Positions 28,300 to 36,655 of a stretch of DNA of 42,946 nt are shown here, piece by piece; the stretch's first letter is position 1, and every line of letters begins with the position of its first letter. Source of the stretch: a virus. A program made the translations under genes and the position numbers. Location: the UHGV virus genome UHGV-1445076; one strand, written 5' to 3'. The notes under the pieces are model-generated. The model saw nothing but the letters and a program-made list of their open reading frames with translations. It was not told the DNA's origin and did not search any database.

Positions 28300-29036
28300 T
28301 TATGTCAGAAAAAATTAGCCAAATTCAGATTAACGCCGACGTCAGAGATATAGAAGACGCGCAGGCATTACACAAAGGTGATAGTTTAGGCACAATAAAT
28401 GGACAGTCTTTTAATGAAGGTAATGACTTAAACATTGAAGTTGGTACCAATGATTACAATGCCCTTAAAAACAAGCCACAAATAAACGGACATGAGTTGT
28501 CTGGGAATAAATCAGCAAAAGATTTAGGCTTACAAGAAGCAGGTGACTATGTAACTCCCGAAGATATACCCGATGTGAGCGAACTGGCAACAAAGACAGA
28601 ATTGGCAGAAGGACTGGAAGGCAAGCAGCCAAAGGGTGATTATGCCACAAAGGCAGAAATACCAGATGTGAGTGGATTTATTACCTCTTCACAAGCGGAA
28701 GAAAAATATCAGCCGAAAGGAACTTATGTCACCACGACTGAACTATCTAAAAAGGCAGATAAAATCGCAACCGAAAATGTAGCCGAAACTACAAAGGAAT
28801 TGCAACCGAACAAGTATTACATATTTGGCGAAGTTGCCACACTTACCATAACTCTTGCAGCAGGAGAAGAAAATGTCCTTGCTGAATACATGTTTGAGTT
28901 TACAAGCGGCACAACTCCAACAATATTGTCACTGCCCGAGGACGTTAAATGGATAGGTGAAAGCACGATTGAGGCAAGCAAGACATATCAAGTGAGCATC
29001 GTCAATAATATAGCAGTCATGGGAGGTGCAGCATGA
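28296..29036 (+). CDS. tail fibre protein with QPKGDY repeats (246 aa)
   Basis: NDYNALKNKPQINGHELSGNKSAKDLGL motif and three (A/K)GDY(V/A)T...IPDVS repeats; 4-nt overlap with the upstream gene. Confidence 0.5.
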   Translation: MIMSEKISQIQINADVRDIEDAQALHKGDSLGTINGQSFNEGNDLNIEVGTNDYNALKNKPQINGHELSGNKSAKDLGLQEAGDYVTPEDIPDVSELATKTELAEGLEGKQPKGDYATKAEIPDVSGFITSSQAEEKYQPKGTYVTTTELSKKADKIATENVAETTKELQPNKYYIFGEVATLTITLAAGEENVLAEYMFEFTSGTTPTILSLPEDVKWIGESTIEASKTYQVSIVNNIAVMGGAA

Positions 29037-29722
29037 GCATATACAGACGCAGGCTTATGATAGCCAACACACTTAAAAAGAGTGACAGCAACATAAATTA
29101 TCCTGGACTTATTGCAGCATGGTCGGCAGCAGGAAAGAGCAATGACGATGCTGATAGAAACGTGTTGCACGATTTGACGGGTAATGGGCTTGACATTACG
29201 CTGAACGGCTTTGCGTTCAATACAGAAGGAAGTGGCTATGGACATCCCGAATACCCCGATGCTCTTGTCTTTGACGGAGTGGATGATTACGGTATTAATG
29301 AGGAAATGCCGATATTGACTGATTATACGGTTATTGTTAAGAGAGAAATATTTAGTGGCGGATTATATTCTCATGTAATCGGAAAACGTACAGGCTCTAT
29401 ACCGGGAGCTTTTTGGTTTGAAAGAGGTAAAGGAGATACTCATAGCTTTGGAATGGCTAATTCAATCAATATATTAAATGAAAGTATATCTTGGCAGTCC
29501 ACGACAAGCTATAACGGGACACCTATAGAAAAAGGTGAAGCTGAGGATATTCATGAATTAACGATAGGTGTAGCAAGCAAAACATATCCAGATTTTAGGG
29601 GTATGGCTTTCTACTCCGCCTACCTCTTTGACCGCTCATTGGGTGAGCAGGAGATAAAGTCATTTATTAGAAAGTATATAGACGCAGACTATCTGTTACC
29701 GAGTGAACAAACAACAGAATAA
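29033..29722 (+). CDS. fibre-associated protein, possible LamG/ConA-like jelly-roll domain (229 aa)
   Basis: Segment DLTGNGLDITLNGFAFNTEG...ALVFDGVDDYG resembles lectin-like beta-sandwich domains; coupled to the fibre gene. Confidence 0.4.
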   Translation: MSIYRRRLMIANTLKKSDSNINYPGLIAAWSAAGKSNDDADRNVLHDLTGNGLDITLNGFAFNTEGSGYGHPEYPDALVFDGVDDYGINEEMPILTDYTVIVKREIFSGGLYSHVIGKRTGSIPGAFWFERGKGDTHSFGMANSINILNESISWQSTTSYNGTPIEKGEAEDIHELTIGVASKTYPDFRGMAFYSAYLFDRSLGEQEIKSFIRKYIDADYLLPSEQTTE

Positions 29723-29727
29723 AGAAT

Positions 29728-30384
29728 ATGAGATTTATTATAGCAACAATAGCACAAGCAAAGGCGCACGGAATTGAGATTATATCGACAATGCGCCAAT
29801 CAGTGGATAAGACACAAGTAGTGTTCCACGAAGAATATGTAAAGAACATTGACGAATTTAATGCCTTAAAGAGGTATGAATTTGATGATGCTGAATTTAC
29901 AGACCTTATGGCAAGTGAAGCATGGACACACGGAGAAGATTATGTGCAGCCAAATGAGGACTTTGCAAAGGTATTAGCCATGCAGATATTGACAGCAGAC
30001 ACAAAGGCGCAGATAAACACCATGTCGCTGTCTAACAACGAGGCTCTGAAAGTTAAGGAGTTTTATCCCGAATGGAAAGAAGGAATTGACGTCAACAAAG
30101 GCGAAAAGTACAACTGTGACGATGACCTTTGGGAAGCACTTACAACGCATAAGACGCAGGCGAATTGGCGTCCGTCTTTGGAAACCGCATCTATATGGAA
30201 ACATATTGACGAGGAACATGAGGGCACAGAGGACGACCCGATACCATACGCACCGCCTATGGAGTTGTTCAACGGTAAATATTACACGCAAGACGAGGTA
30301 AAATACAGGTGTACCCGTGACAGCGGAATACCTTTGTCACAGAACCTGAGTGAACTTGTGGGATTATATGTGGAACTTGTTTAA
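29728..30384 (+). CDS. hypothetical protein (218 aa)
   Basis: ATG ORF between the fibre genes and the lysis cassette; acidic. Confidence 0.35.
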   Translation: MRFIIATIAQAKAHGIEIISTMRQSVDKTQVVFHEEYVKNIDEFNALKRYEFDDAEFTDLMASEAWTHGEDYVQPNEDFAKVLAMQILTADTKAQINTMSLSNNEALKVKEFYPEWKEGIDVNKGEKYNCDDDLWEALTTHKTQANWRPSLETASIWKHIDEEHEGTEDDPIPYAPPMELFNGKYYTQDEVKYRCTRDSGIPLSQNLSELVGLYVELV

Positions 30385-30401
30385 TTTAAAAACCAAAGAC
30401 T

Positions 30402-30665
30402 ATGAAGGAAAAAGTTATCAGATTCGTGACAAACAGATGGTTCGGCTTCGTGGCAGGACTGGTAATCGCAATGCTGTACATGTGGCAGGAACAGAGCCTC
30501 GGCAGCGTCAACGCGTGGATAATGGGAATCATCACACCTATGCTCTTCGGAGCGTTCGCCGAGGTGGTGAGACATGTCACCACGGAGGACACGTACAAGT
30601 GGAAGAACCTGCTGTGGTGGCTCGCGGGAGCTGTCATTGGAGTAGTGGCGATGCTTGTGGTTTGA
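30402..30665 (+). CDS. putative holin (87 aa, three hydrophobic helices)
   Basis: Hydrophobic segments FGFVAGLVIAMLYMW, AWIMGIITPMLFGAFAEVV and LLWWLAGAVIGVVAMLVV; first gene of a cassette ending in the endolysin. Confidence 0.45.
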   Translation: MKEKVIRFVTNRWFGFVAGLVIAMLYMWQEQSLGSVNAWIMGIITPMLFGAFAEVVRHVTTEDTYKWKNLLWWLAGAVIGVVAMLVV

Positions 30666-30747
30666 TTCCCGGCATCCAGGGCAGGGACTCATATGCCCTG
30701 CCCTATCATTTGACTTGATGTATGTACGAATAAAAAAACAAGGGAGA

Positions 30748-30981
30748 ATGAACAAGATTATAATGTGGTTTAAGACAAGCAACCGATGGAAGCATCTGCT
30801 TGGCGGTCTGATTATCGGTATGGGAGCGGATGATATATACTGTGCGGCATACGCAGGCATAGGCGTTGCGGCAGCCCTTGAACTGAAAGACAGGCAATGG
30901 GGCGGCAAATGGGACTGGACAGACTTCGGGCTGACAACAGCCGGAACAGTTGTGGGACAATGCATAAGGATGATGATATGA
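30748..30981 (+). CDS. small membrane protein, second holin or antiholin candidate (77 aa)
   Basis: Track ORF starts at TTG 30655; first ATG at 30748; hydrophobic LLGGLIIGMGADDIYCAAYAGIGVAAAL. Confidence 0.3.
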   Translation: MNKIIMWFKTSNRWKHLLGGLIIGMGADDIYCAAYAGIGVAAALELKDRQWGGKWDWTDFGLTTAGTVVGQCIRMMI

Positions 30982-31586
30982 ACGAGGTACAAAGCACATT
31001 GGAGGTCGCAAAAGGCATAAGCGACTATGGGATAATGATAGTCATCTGCGCGGTGTTCCTGCTGCTCGCCTCAGGTCTGATGATTGCGTGTTTCCGCTGG
31101 TTCAAATCAGCGATAAGCAACATAATATCCTACACTGACGAGCTGCGCGAGCTTAACGGAAAGCTGGAAAACAACAACCACGTCATGGTGACGATAGCGG
31201 AGGGACTGATGCCTGAGACACAACTGCGGATAAAGAACATATCCGGAGCGTTCTTTGACCTTGCGGTGGAGAAAGTATGCAGACTCCTGAAGAAAATAAG
31301 GGAGGAGAACCATATAGCCGACAAGGAAAGGACAAAGGCTAAGATACGCACCCTGCTGAGCAACATGTATGAGGACAGGAACAGCAAGTTCGACAATTTC
31401 CATTACCGTGGGAAAAAGCTCTCGGAGTACTGCAATCCGGAATGGACAGAATGGGTGGCGAAAGTAATAGAGGGAGAGCTGTACAATGAGAACGGTGCGA
31501 ACAACGGAAGAGCCTACACCAACGTCAGCGCAGTATATGACAATATAAAATTGGACTTTTATCACAGAATGACAGACCAGATATGA
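30978..31586 (+). CDS. membrane-anchored protein of the lysis cassette (203 aa)
   Basis: ATG at 30978 overlaps the upstream stop (ATGA); N-terminal hydrophobic anchor GIMIVICAVFLLLASGLMIACF followed by a soluble helical domain. Confidence 0.3.
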   Translation: MNEVQSTLEVAKGISDYGIMIVICAVFLLLASGLMIACFRWFKSAISNIISYTDELRELNGKLENNNHVMVTIAEGLMPETQLRIKNISGAFFDLAVEKVCRLLKKIREENHIADKERTKAKIRTLLSNMYEDRNSKFDNFHYRGKKLSEYCNPEWTEWVAKVIEGELYNENGANNGRAYTNVSAVYDNIKLDFYHRMTDQI

Positions 31587-31616
31587 CGATAAACGCATTT
31601 TACAACATTATAAATC

Positions 31617-32210
31617 ATGGAAAAGTTTAAAGTTATACTTGATGCGGGACACGGAAGGGACACCGCAGGGAAACGTTCGCCTGACGGACGCCTGCTCGAA
31701 TACGCATACGCCCGTGAGATTGCAGTGCGTCTTGAAAGGGAACTCAAGGCACGTGGATATGACGCGCAGCGCATTGTGCCCGAGGAAAACGACATCTGCC
31801 TGAAAGAGCGGTGCGAAAGGGCAAACAGAATTTATGCCGCGACAGGAAAGAAAGCGATACTTGTCTCAATACACTGTAACGCGGCTGGTGCCGACGGCAA
31901 ATGGCATGACGCCAGAGGATGGTCGGCTTATGTCTCGCGCAACGCTTCAAAGAAGAGCAAAGAGCTCGCCTGCCGTCTGATTGACGCGGCAGAGACACAA
32001 GGACTGAAAGTCCGAAGATACTCACAGGATGAGCCATATTGGACACAGAATCTCGCAATATGCCGTGACACAAATTGTCCCGCAGTCCTGACTGAAAACC
32101 TTTTTCAGGACAACCGGGAGGACGTGGACTATCTGCTGAGCGAGAAAGGCAAGCGAACCATTGTGGAGCTGCACGTGGAAGGCATCATGGCGTACTTGGG
32201 GAAAGTGTGA
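31617..32210 (+). CDS. N-acetylmuramoyl-L-alanine amidase (endolysin, Amidase_3-like)
   Basis: KVILDAGHGRDTAGKRS and VSIHCNAAG motifs match the zinc-binding regions of MurNAc-LAA amidases; 197 aa with no separate cell-wall-binding domain. Confidence 0.8.
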   Translation: MEKFKVILDAGHGRDTAGKRSPDGRLLEYAYAREIAVRLERELKARGYDAQRIVPEENDICLKERCERANRIYAATGKKAILVSIHCNAAGADGKWHDARGWSAYVSRNASKKSKELACRLIDAAETQGLKVRRYSQDEPYWTQNLAICRDTNCPAVLTENLFQDNREDVDYLLSEKGKRTIVELHVEGIMAYLGKV

Positions 32211-32235
32211 GCTCGTTTCCAAAATGGAAATAACT

Positions 32236-32264
32236 GACGACAGTTGCAAATTCCGCAACCGTCG
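32236..32264 (+). terminator. candidate stem-loop after the endolysin gene
   Basis: ACGACAGTTGC (32236-32246) pairs with GCAACCGTCGT (32254-32264) with one mismatch, 7-nt loop; only a weak T-run follows. Confidence 0.3.
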
Positions 32265-32348
32265 TAAAGGCGTTCTTTGACATTGTGGGTTGCCGTTAAA
32301 AATACAATATTTTCGAAAAATTATATACAATTATTTTGGGAAATTATA

Positions 32349-32356
32349 TATCTTTG
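32349..32356 (+). promoter_or_regulatory. TATCTTTG -7-like promoter element (fits TAnnTTTG)
   Basis: Motif lies 38 nt upstream of ATG 32394 in an AT-rich stretch; no well-spaced -33 TTTG seen. Confidence 0.2.
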
Positions 32357-32368
32357 CACAATATAAGA

Positions 32369-32390
32369 AGCCCTTACGGCAATAAGGGCT
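32369..32390 (+). other. 8-bp stem / 6-nt loop hairpin immediately upstream of a start codon
   Basis: AGCCCTTA cggcaa TAAGGGCT ends 4 nt before ATG 32394; no T-tract, so more likely a leader structure than a terminator. Confidence 0.3.
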
Positions 32391-32393
32391 GAA

Positions 32394-33023
32394 ATGACAG
32401 ACGGTGTGCCCGTCTTAAATTTAAATTATATGGCAAAGATAAATAATAATTTTGAGAAACGAAAACGCATCACGAAAAATGAAGCGTTGGAACTGCTAAA
32501 AGATTGTTATGAGGACATCTTCAAGGCGTATTACGCAGGTCTGGAAAATTACAATGAAGAAATAAATATGACCATACCTGAAGCAAGGACAAGGCTTGTA
32601 GGTCCTTTGCTTAACGCAAAAATAACAGAGAGTTTCATTCTCACATTTCCCGAGAACTGGAACAAAGGCAAATACGGAAGGATAATATTCAGATGGAACG
32701 GTGTGCTCATGCTCATCAAGAAATTGAACAAGAATGACAAGCCGTCTTACATTCCGACAATACTTTCAGATTCGATTGTCAACCAATACCAATTACCGCT
32801 TTTCCAAGGCGATGAAGGCAAGGAAGAGCCGATATTGATTTTCGGATATACAAAGGACGGTTTCGGGCAGCTCGTAAACCCGAGAATTGTCTTGTATGAC
32901 GATGGGGTTCAATGGACTGCCTATATGGAAGACGGTGTAAATATGCCGACTGCCAATACAGACACGCAGGAGATTATTGTCCGCCTGAAAAAGAAAGAGA
33001 CAGGAGAAAAGAAGGCAGAATAA
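32394..33023 (+). CDS. hypothetical protein (209 aa), first gene of the accessory cassette
   Basis: ATG ORF; alternative ATG at 32430. No recognisable motif. Confidence 0.4.
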   Translation: MTDGVPVLNLNYMAKINNNFEKRKRITKNEALELLKDCYEDIFKAYYAGLENYNEEINMTIPEARTRLVGPLLNAKITESFILTFPENWNKGKYGRIIFRWNGVLMLIKKLNKNDKPSYIPTILSDSIVNQYQLPLFQGDEGKEEPILIFGYTKDGFGQLVNPRIVLYDDGVQWTAYMEDGVNMPTANTDTQEIIVRLKKKETGEKKAE

Positions 33024-33075
33024 CAGCAGGGCACACCGTCTGTTTTCAACAAACGACCTATAAAAGCAACGTCTT

Positions 33076-34131
33076 ATGAAATGTGAGCAGCTAACATTCG
33101 CAAGGGAATACAGGGGATTTACGCAAACCGCACTCGCGGCAAAAGTCAAAGGGCTATCGCAATCCAACCTGTCAAAATATGAAAAGGGGTTTGGCGGGCT
33201 GTCAGACAACATGCTTAGTTTGATTATGTCCACGCTTGATTTTCCGATGAAATTCCTTGACATGAATATTGTGAACAAGGTTGACAGCAAGCATTACAGG
33301 AAAAAGGCAACCATAACCGTAAAGACACGCAACGAGATAGACAGGACAATATCCCTGATTGCGTATTGTTTTGATTGGCTTAGTGAATTTGTCGAGATAC
33401 CTGACTATTCATTTGGATACTACGACATGGACAACGGCATAAGCCCGGAGGAACTTGCCGGGCACATAAGGAACAAATACAGGCTCGGCATGTCGCCTAT
33501 ATCCGATATTTGCAATTTCCTTGAGCGCAATGGGGTATTCATTTACATGTGGGACAGTCCTAACGACGAGTTTGACGGGGTATCCCTGATAACTGACGCA
33601 GGCAATCATCTTATCATTGTGAACAGGAACAGAAGCAACGACAGGGTAAGGTTTACGCTTGCACATGAGCTGGGACACATACTGATGCACGAGTGCCCAA
33701 GTTTCCCGGTATTCAGCATTAGAGACAAGGAGAAAGAGGCGAACGCTTTTGCATCAGAGTTCCTTCTCCCCTCCCAGGCTGTCAGAAACGCCTTGCACAA
33801 TGTCAGGCTCGGACAGTTCCCTGAGCTGAAACGGTATTGGCTTGTTTCCATGGCATCACTTTTGGAAAAGGCAAAAAACATAAACGCCATTGCAAGTGAG
33901 AAGTACAAGTCTATGAGAATGGAGTTCAGCAGACGCCATTGGAATAAGAAAGAACCTTACGAAGTGCCTATTGACAGCCCTACCGTCTTTGAGCAGGCAT
34001 ATAGGCTGGTATCGGACACATTGGGGTATTCAATCAGCATGATTTCGGAAAGCACAGGCTTGCCCGAGGATGTCTTGATAAAGATATTCGGCAAATCTGC
34101 GAGGATAATATCATTAAAGCCACTAATATAA
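33076..34131 (+). CDS. fused XRE-type HTH / ImmA-IrrE family (M78-like) zinc metallopeptidase
   Basis: N-terminal HTH (FTQTALAAKVKGLSQSNLSKYEKG) and C-terminal HExxH in FTLAHELGHILMHE with a downstream Glu, the arrangement seen in ImmA/IrrE peptidases. Confidence 0.7.
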   Translation: MKCEQLTFAREYRGFTQTALAAKVKGLSQSNLSKYEKGFGGLSDNMLSLIMSTLDFPMKFLDMNIVNKVDSKHYRKKATITVKTRNEIDRTISLIAYCFDWLSEFVEIPDYSFGYYDMDNGISPEELAGHIRNKYRLGMSPISDICNFLERNGVFIYMWDSPNDEFDGVSLITDAGNHLIIVNRNRSNDRVRFTLAHELGHILMHECPSFPVFSIRDKEKEANAFASEFLLPSQAVRNALHNVRLGQFPELKRYWLVSMASLLEKAKNINAIASEKYKSMRMEFSRRHWNKKEPYEVPIDSPTVFEQAYRLVSDTLGYSISMISESTGLPEDVLIKIFGKSARIISLKPLI

Positions 34132-34157
34132 CAATTATCTATTTTGATACAACACAG

Positions 34158-34195
34158 GCGGTGACCCACATATCAAGGGTTGCCGCTTTTTGTTT
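34158..34195 (+). terminator. Rho-independent terminator
   Basis: GCGGTGACCC (34158-34167) pairs with GGGTTGCCGC (34177-34186), two G-U wobbles, 9-nt loop, followed by TTTTTGTTT. Confidence 0.5.
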
Positions 34196-34213
34196 AATAA
34201 AAAATGAAAGAAC

Positions 34214-34723
34214 ATGGGAAGATTTAAAGGATTGCTTGTGGTAGTATCGGTGTTGTTGACCGCATCATTATGCGTCAACATACTCCAGTGCAGTAATGCC
34301 GGAAAGAAAACAACGAATCAGGACACAGTACGGACTACATATATAGACACCATTCCGTTCTTGAATCCTGTACCCAAAGACAGTACGGTGATACGGTATG
34401 TTACGGAGACGTTGCCCGTGACTTGCCGCAAAGACACGATATACGAAGAGAAGGGCGGGAATACAGGCGACAGCGTCAAGGTGACACTGCCTATAACTTC
34501 CAAAGTCTATAAGGACAGTACCTATACCGCATACGTGAGCGGATTCCGCGCGAATCTTGACAGTATATTTGTATATCCGAGACACGAGACTGTAACTGTC
34601 ACAAGGTACAAGGAAAGTCCGCGCCTTGGCGTCGGTATTGCCGCAGGTTACGGTATAGGGAAAGACATGAAACCGACACCTTTCATAGGAATATCCGTAT
34701 ATTATAGGCTTTGGCAGTGGTAG
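34214..34723 (+). CDS. secreted or membrane-associated protein with N-terminal signal sequence (169 aa)
   Basis: N-terminus MGRFKGLLVVVSVLLTASLCVNILQCSNA has a basic n-region, hydrophobic core and Cys/Ala cleavage-like region; Thr/Val/Tyr-rich mature part. Confidence 0.4.
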   Translation: MGRFKGLLVVVSVLLTASLCVNILQCSNAGKKTTNQDTVRTTYIDTIPFLNPVPKDSTVIRYVTETLPVTCRKDTIYEEKGGNTGDSVKVTLPITSKVYKDSTYTAYVSGFRANLDSIFVYPRHETVTVTRYKESPRLGVGIAAGYGIGKDMKPTPFIGISVYYRLWQW

Positions 34724-34725
34724 TA

Positions 34726-34929
34726 TCAGCCATCTGGGAACAGTCTTTCGTAGAACTCTCCCTGCCGTCGCACCAAAGCTTCCCCATAGTCCAACCCGTA
34801 AACATCGGCATCGTGCCTTGCTATGCGTCGCACACGAGCCTGTGCCGAGCGCGGACAATGTATGGCAATCAGATGCTCTGCCTCGGCAAACAGACGGGCG
34901 GAGTATTCATCATTTGGCATCTGTGTCAT
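34726..34929 (-). CDS. hypothetical small protein (67 aa); doubtful
   Basis: ATG ORF whose stop lies 2 nt from the stop of the convergent + strand gene. Confidence 0.2.
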   Translation of the reverse strand: MTQMPNDEYSARLFAEAEHLIAIHCPRSAQARVRRIARHDADVYGLDYGEALVRRQGEFYERLFPDG

Positions 34930-35320
34930 CAGATTCCTCCTTTTCTGAGTTTATAGATACGAACAATCTCTCGTAGTCATCACAACTGATTTCAAAGCAG
35001 TTCTGACTTATTACTCCGTCAGAATCCCCGAAAACGTAAAACGGGGTATACGGACTGTATGTCTTCAGGACACCCACATCCTTTTTGTTGTCCTGCCTGT
35101 GTCTGATATAGAACCAGTAATGAGGTCTTTTGTAACCGACACACCATAGCAGCATAAGGACAAACAACAAGAAGAAAAAACAGAAAAACCATTTCGGCAG
35201 GAAAACGTCAATCAGAAAGAATGTAACCCATGCCGTTACCATTACGGCGAAAGCCTCAAAAGATGTCTTGTAATCAAAATTTTTCATTTTCATAATATGT
35301 TTAATATTTCTTATTCCCAT
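34910..35320 (-). CDS. small membrane protein
   Basis: Hydrophobic segments AVMVTAWVTFFLIDVF and WFFCFFFLLFVLMLLWCV; alternative ATGs at 35293 and 35287 avoid overlap with the upstream gene. Confidence 0.3.
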   Translation of the reverse strand: MGIRNIKHIMKMKNFDYKTSFEAFAVMVTAWVTFFLIDVFLPKWFFCFFFLLFVLMLLWCVGYKRPHYWFYIRHRQDNKKDVGVLKTYSPYTPFYVFGDSDGVISQNCFEISCDDYERLFVSINSEKEESDDTDAK

Positions 35321-35855
35321 GCTTAAATGGGCGGAGTCTGTTATAGCGCATCTTCTGCTCGACGTAGAAGTCGATGTCGATATCGTTTTGGTGGCAGAAT
35401 AAGATAATGAGGGCTACAGTGAGATTGATTTTTTCGCAAAGGGCTTCCTTATATAAACAAAGTCCCTCACAAAGATGGTACATGACGACGGGGAATGGCT
35501 CATTAATGAATTTTGCGTCTGAAGCAAGAAACTCGTCAACGTAATGCAGGGATATTCCGCGCAGTGCAGCCAAGTCCAAACAGCGTATGATGATGTCGCT
35601 AAGTTCATCCTCAACCGAGTTTTTGACGTGTGTCTCAAATTCATACTTAAATACAACGTCGTCATCGGCGTATGTTCCAAGTAATGCTTTGAAAAGGTCA
35701 ATGTCCGTGTGCCTGTCCTTGCGGTCTGCCTGTACAGCTTCAGATATCTCAGTAATGATAAGCATCAAATAAGTTTCGTCAGGCAGTTCTTCATCGTGCC
35801 ATCCGTGCGTCTTTGCGGTCTCAAAAACTGCTTTTGATAATTTAGTCAAATCCAT
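35301..35855 (-). CDS. MazG-like nucleotide pyrophosphohydrolase (all-alpha NTP-PPase) candidate
   Basis: HGWHDEELPDETYLMLIITEISEAVQA and VEDELSDIIIRCLDLAALRGISL fit the paired acidic-helix pattern of MazG/dimeric dUTPase-like enzymes. Confidence 0.45.
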   Translation of the reverse strand: MDLTKLSKAVFETAKTHGWHDEELPDETYLMLIITEISEAVQADRKDRHTDIDLFKALLGTYADDDVVFKYEFETHVKNSVEDELSDIIIRCLDLAALRGISLHYVDEFLASDAKFINEPFPVVMYHLCEGLCLYKEALCEKINLTVALIILFCHQNDIDIDFYVEQKMRYNRLRPFKHGNKKY

Positions 35856-35908
35856 ACTACTTATATTTTATTTTTAGGCATTTAATGCTTAGTGTTAATA
35901 TCTGTATA

Positions 35909-36655
35909 TCACTGCGACGCGCACTCGCTTTCAAGCTCGTTCCAATCCTCGTCGGTAATGTATTTGCGGCATTCAGGATTAAGCTTCAACGCCTCATAGC
36001 CGACACGGTTGAGGAAACGCTCGCTCGTCAGCTTCTTCTCTATGATACGGAAGGCGAGCATGGCGTTGGCGTCCTTGTTCAGGTCTATGGTTATCCCGTC
36101 CTCGGTCTTGCATATCATGTCCGCAGCCTGCTCAAAATGGTAGAGGGTGCGTGACAGCCGCGCAGGATTCATGTATTTGTCAAAATGAATGCCGGGCGCG
36201 GCTTCGTCAGCCGTCTTTATCTGCACATCGTAAAGATGTACCGCGTATGCCAGAAGATTGCGGGCGGTCTCGACATAGGACTTAAGCTCCGTTTCGGTCT
36301 GCCTGTACTTGTCGAGCAGCGACTTTATGGAGAAGCGCAGGATGTCGACATGCGGCTGTATGTCCTCCTCCACTGTGTCAAGATAGTCATAGAAGAGCTG
36401 CGTGCGGTCTCCGAAGTTCTGGATGTGAAGCTTCTCGTAGGCGTAGTACGCCCTCTCCGCTTCCCTGATGTGACGCTTCAGAGTGAAACGGTAGTACGGT
36501 GTCTTCCGTACTCTCTCTATGGCGTCGAACATTGTCTTGCCCGCCACTGTGTTGGCGGCTCCTATAACAAGGTTGACGAGTGAGTTGAGACGCTCGAACA
36601 CCTCCATCGCGCGCTGGCTGCTCACTGCCGTAGCCTGTCGTACGTATGCTGTCAT
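35909..36655 (-). CDS. hypothetical protein (248 aa)
   Basis: ATG ORF, helical; 4-nt overlap with the upstream gene. Confidence 0.4.
   Translation of the reverse strand: MTAYVRQATAVSSQRAMEVFERLNSLVNLVIGAANTVAGKTMFDAIERVRKTPYYRFTLKRHIREAERAYYAYEKLHIQNFGDRTQLFYDYLDTVEEDIQPHVDILRFSIKSLLDKYRQTETELKSYVETARNLLAYAVHLYDVQIKTADEAAPGIHFDKYMNPARLSRTLYHFEQAADMICKTEDGITIDLNKDANAMLAFRIIEKKLTSERFLNRVGYEALKLNPECRKYITDEDWNELESECASQ

Noticed and set aside
23717-29722. Diversity-generating retroelement targeting the fibre genes
   Set aside because: No reverse-transcriptase-like ORF was seen anywhere in the window, and no near-identical template/variable repeat pair was noticed by eye. A computational repeat search is still needed to exclude it.
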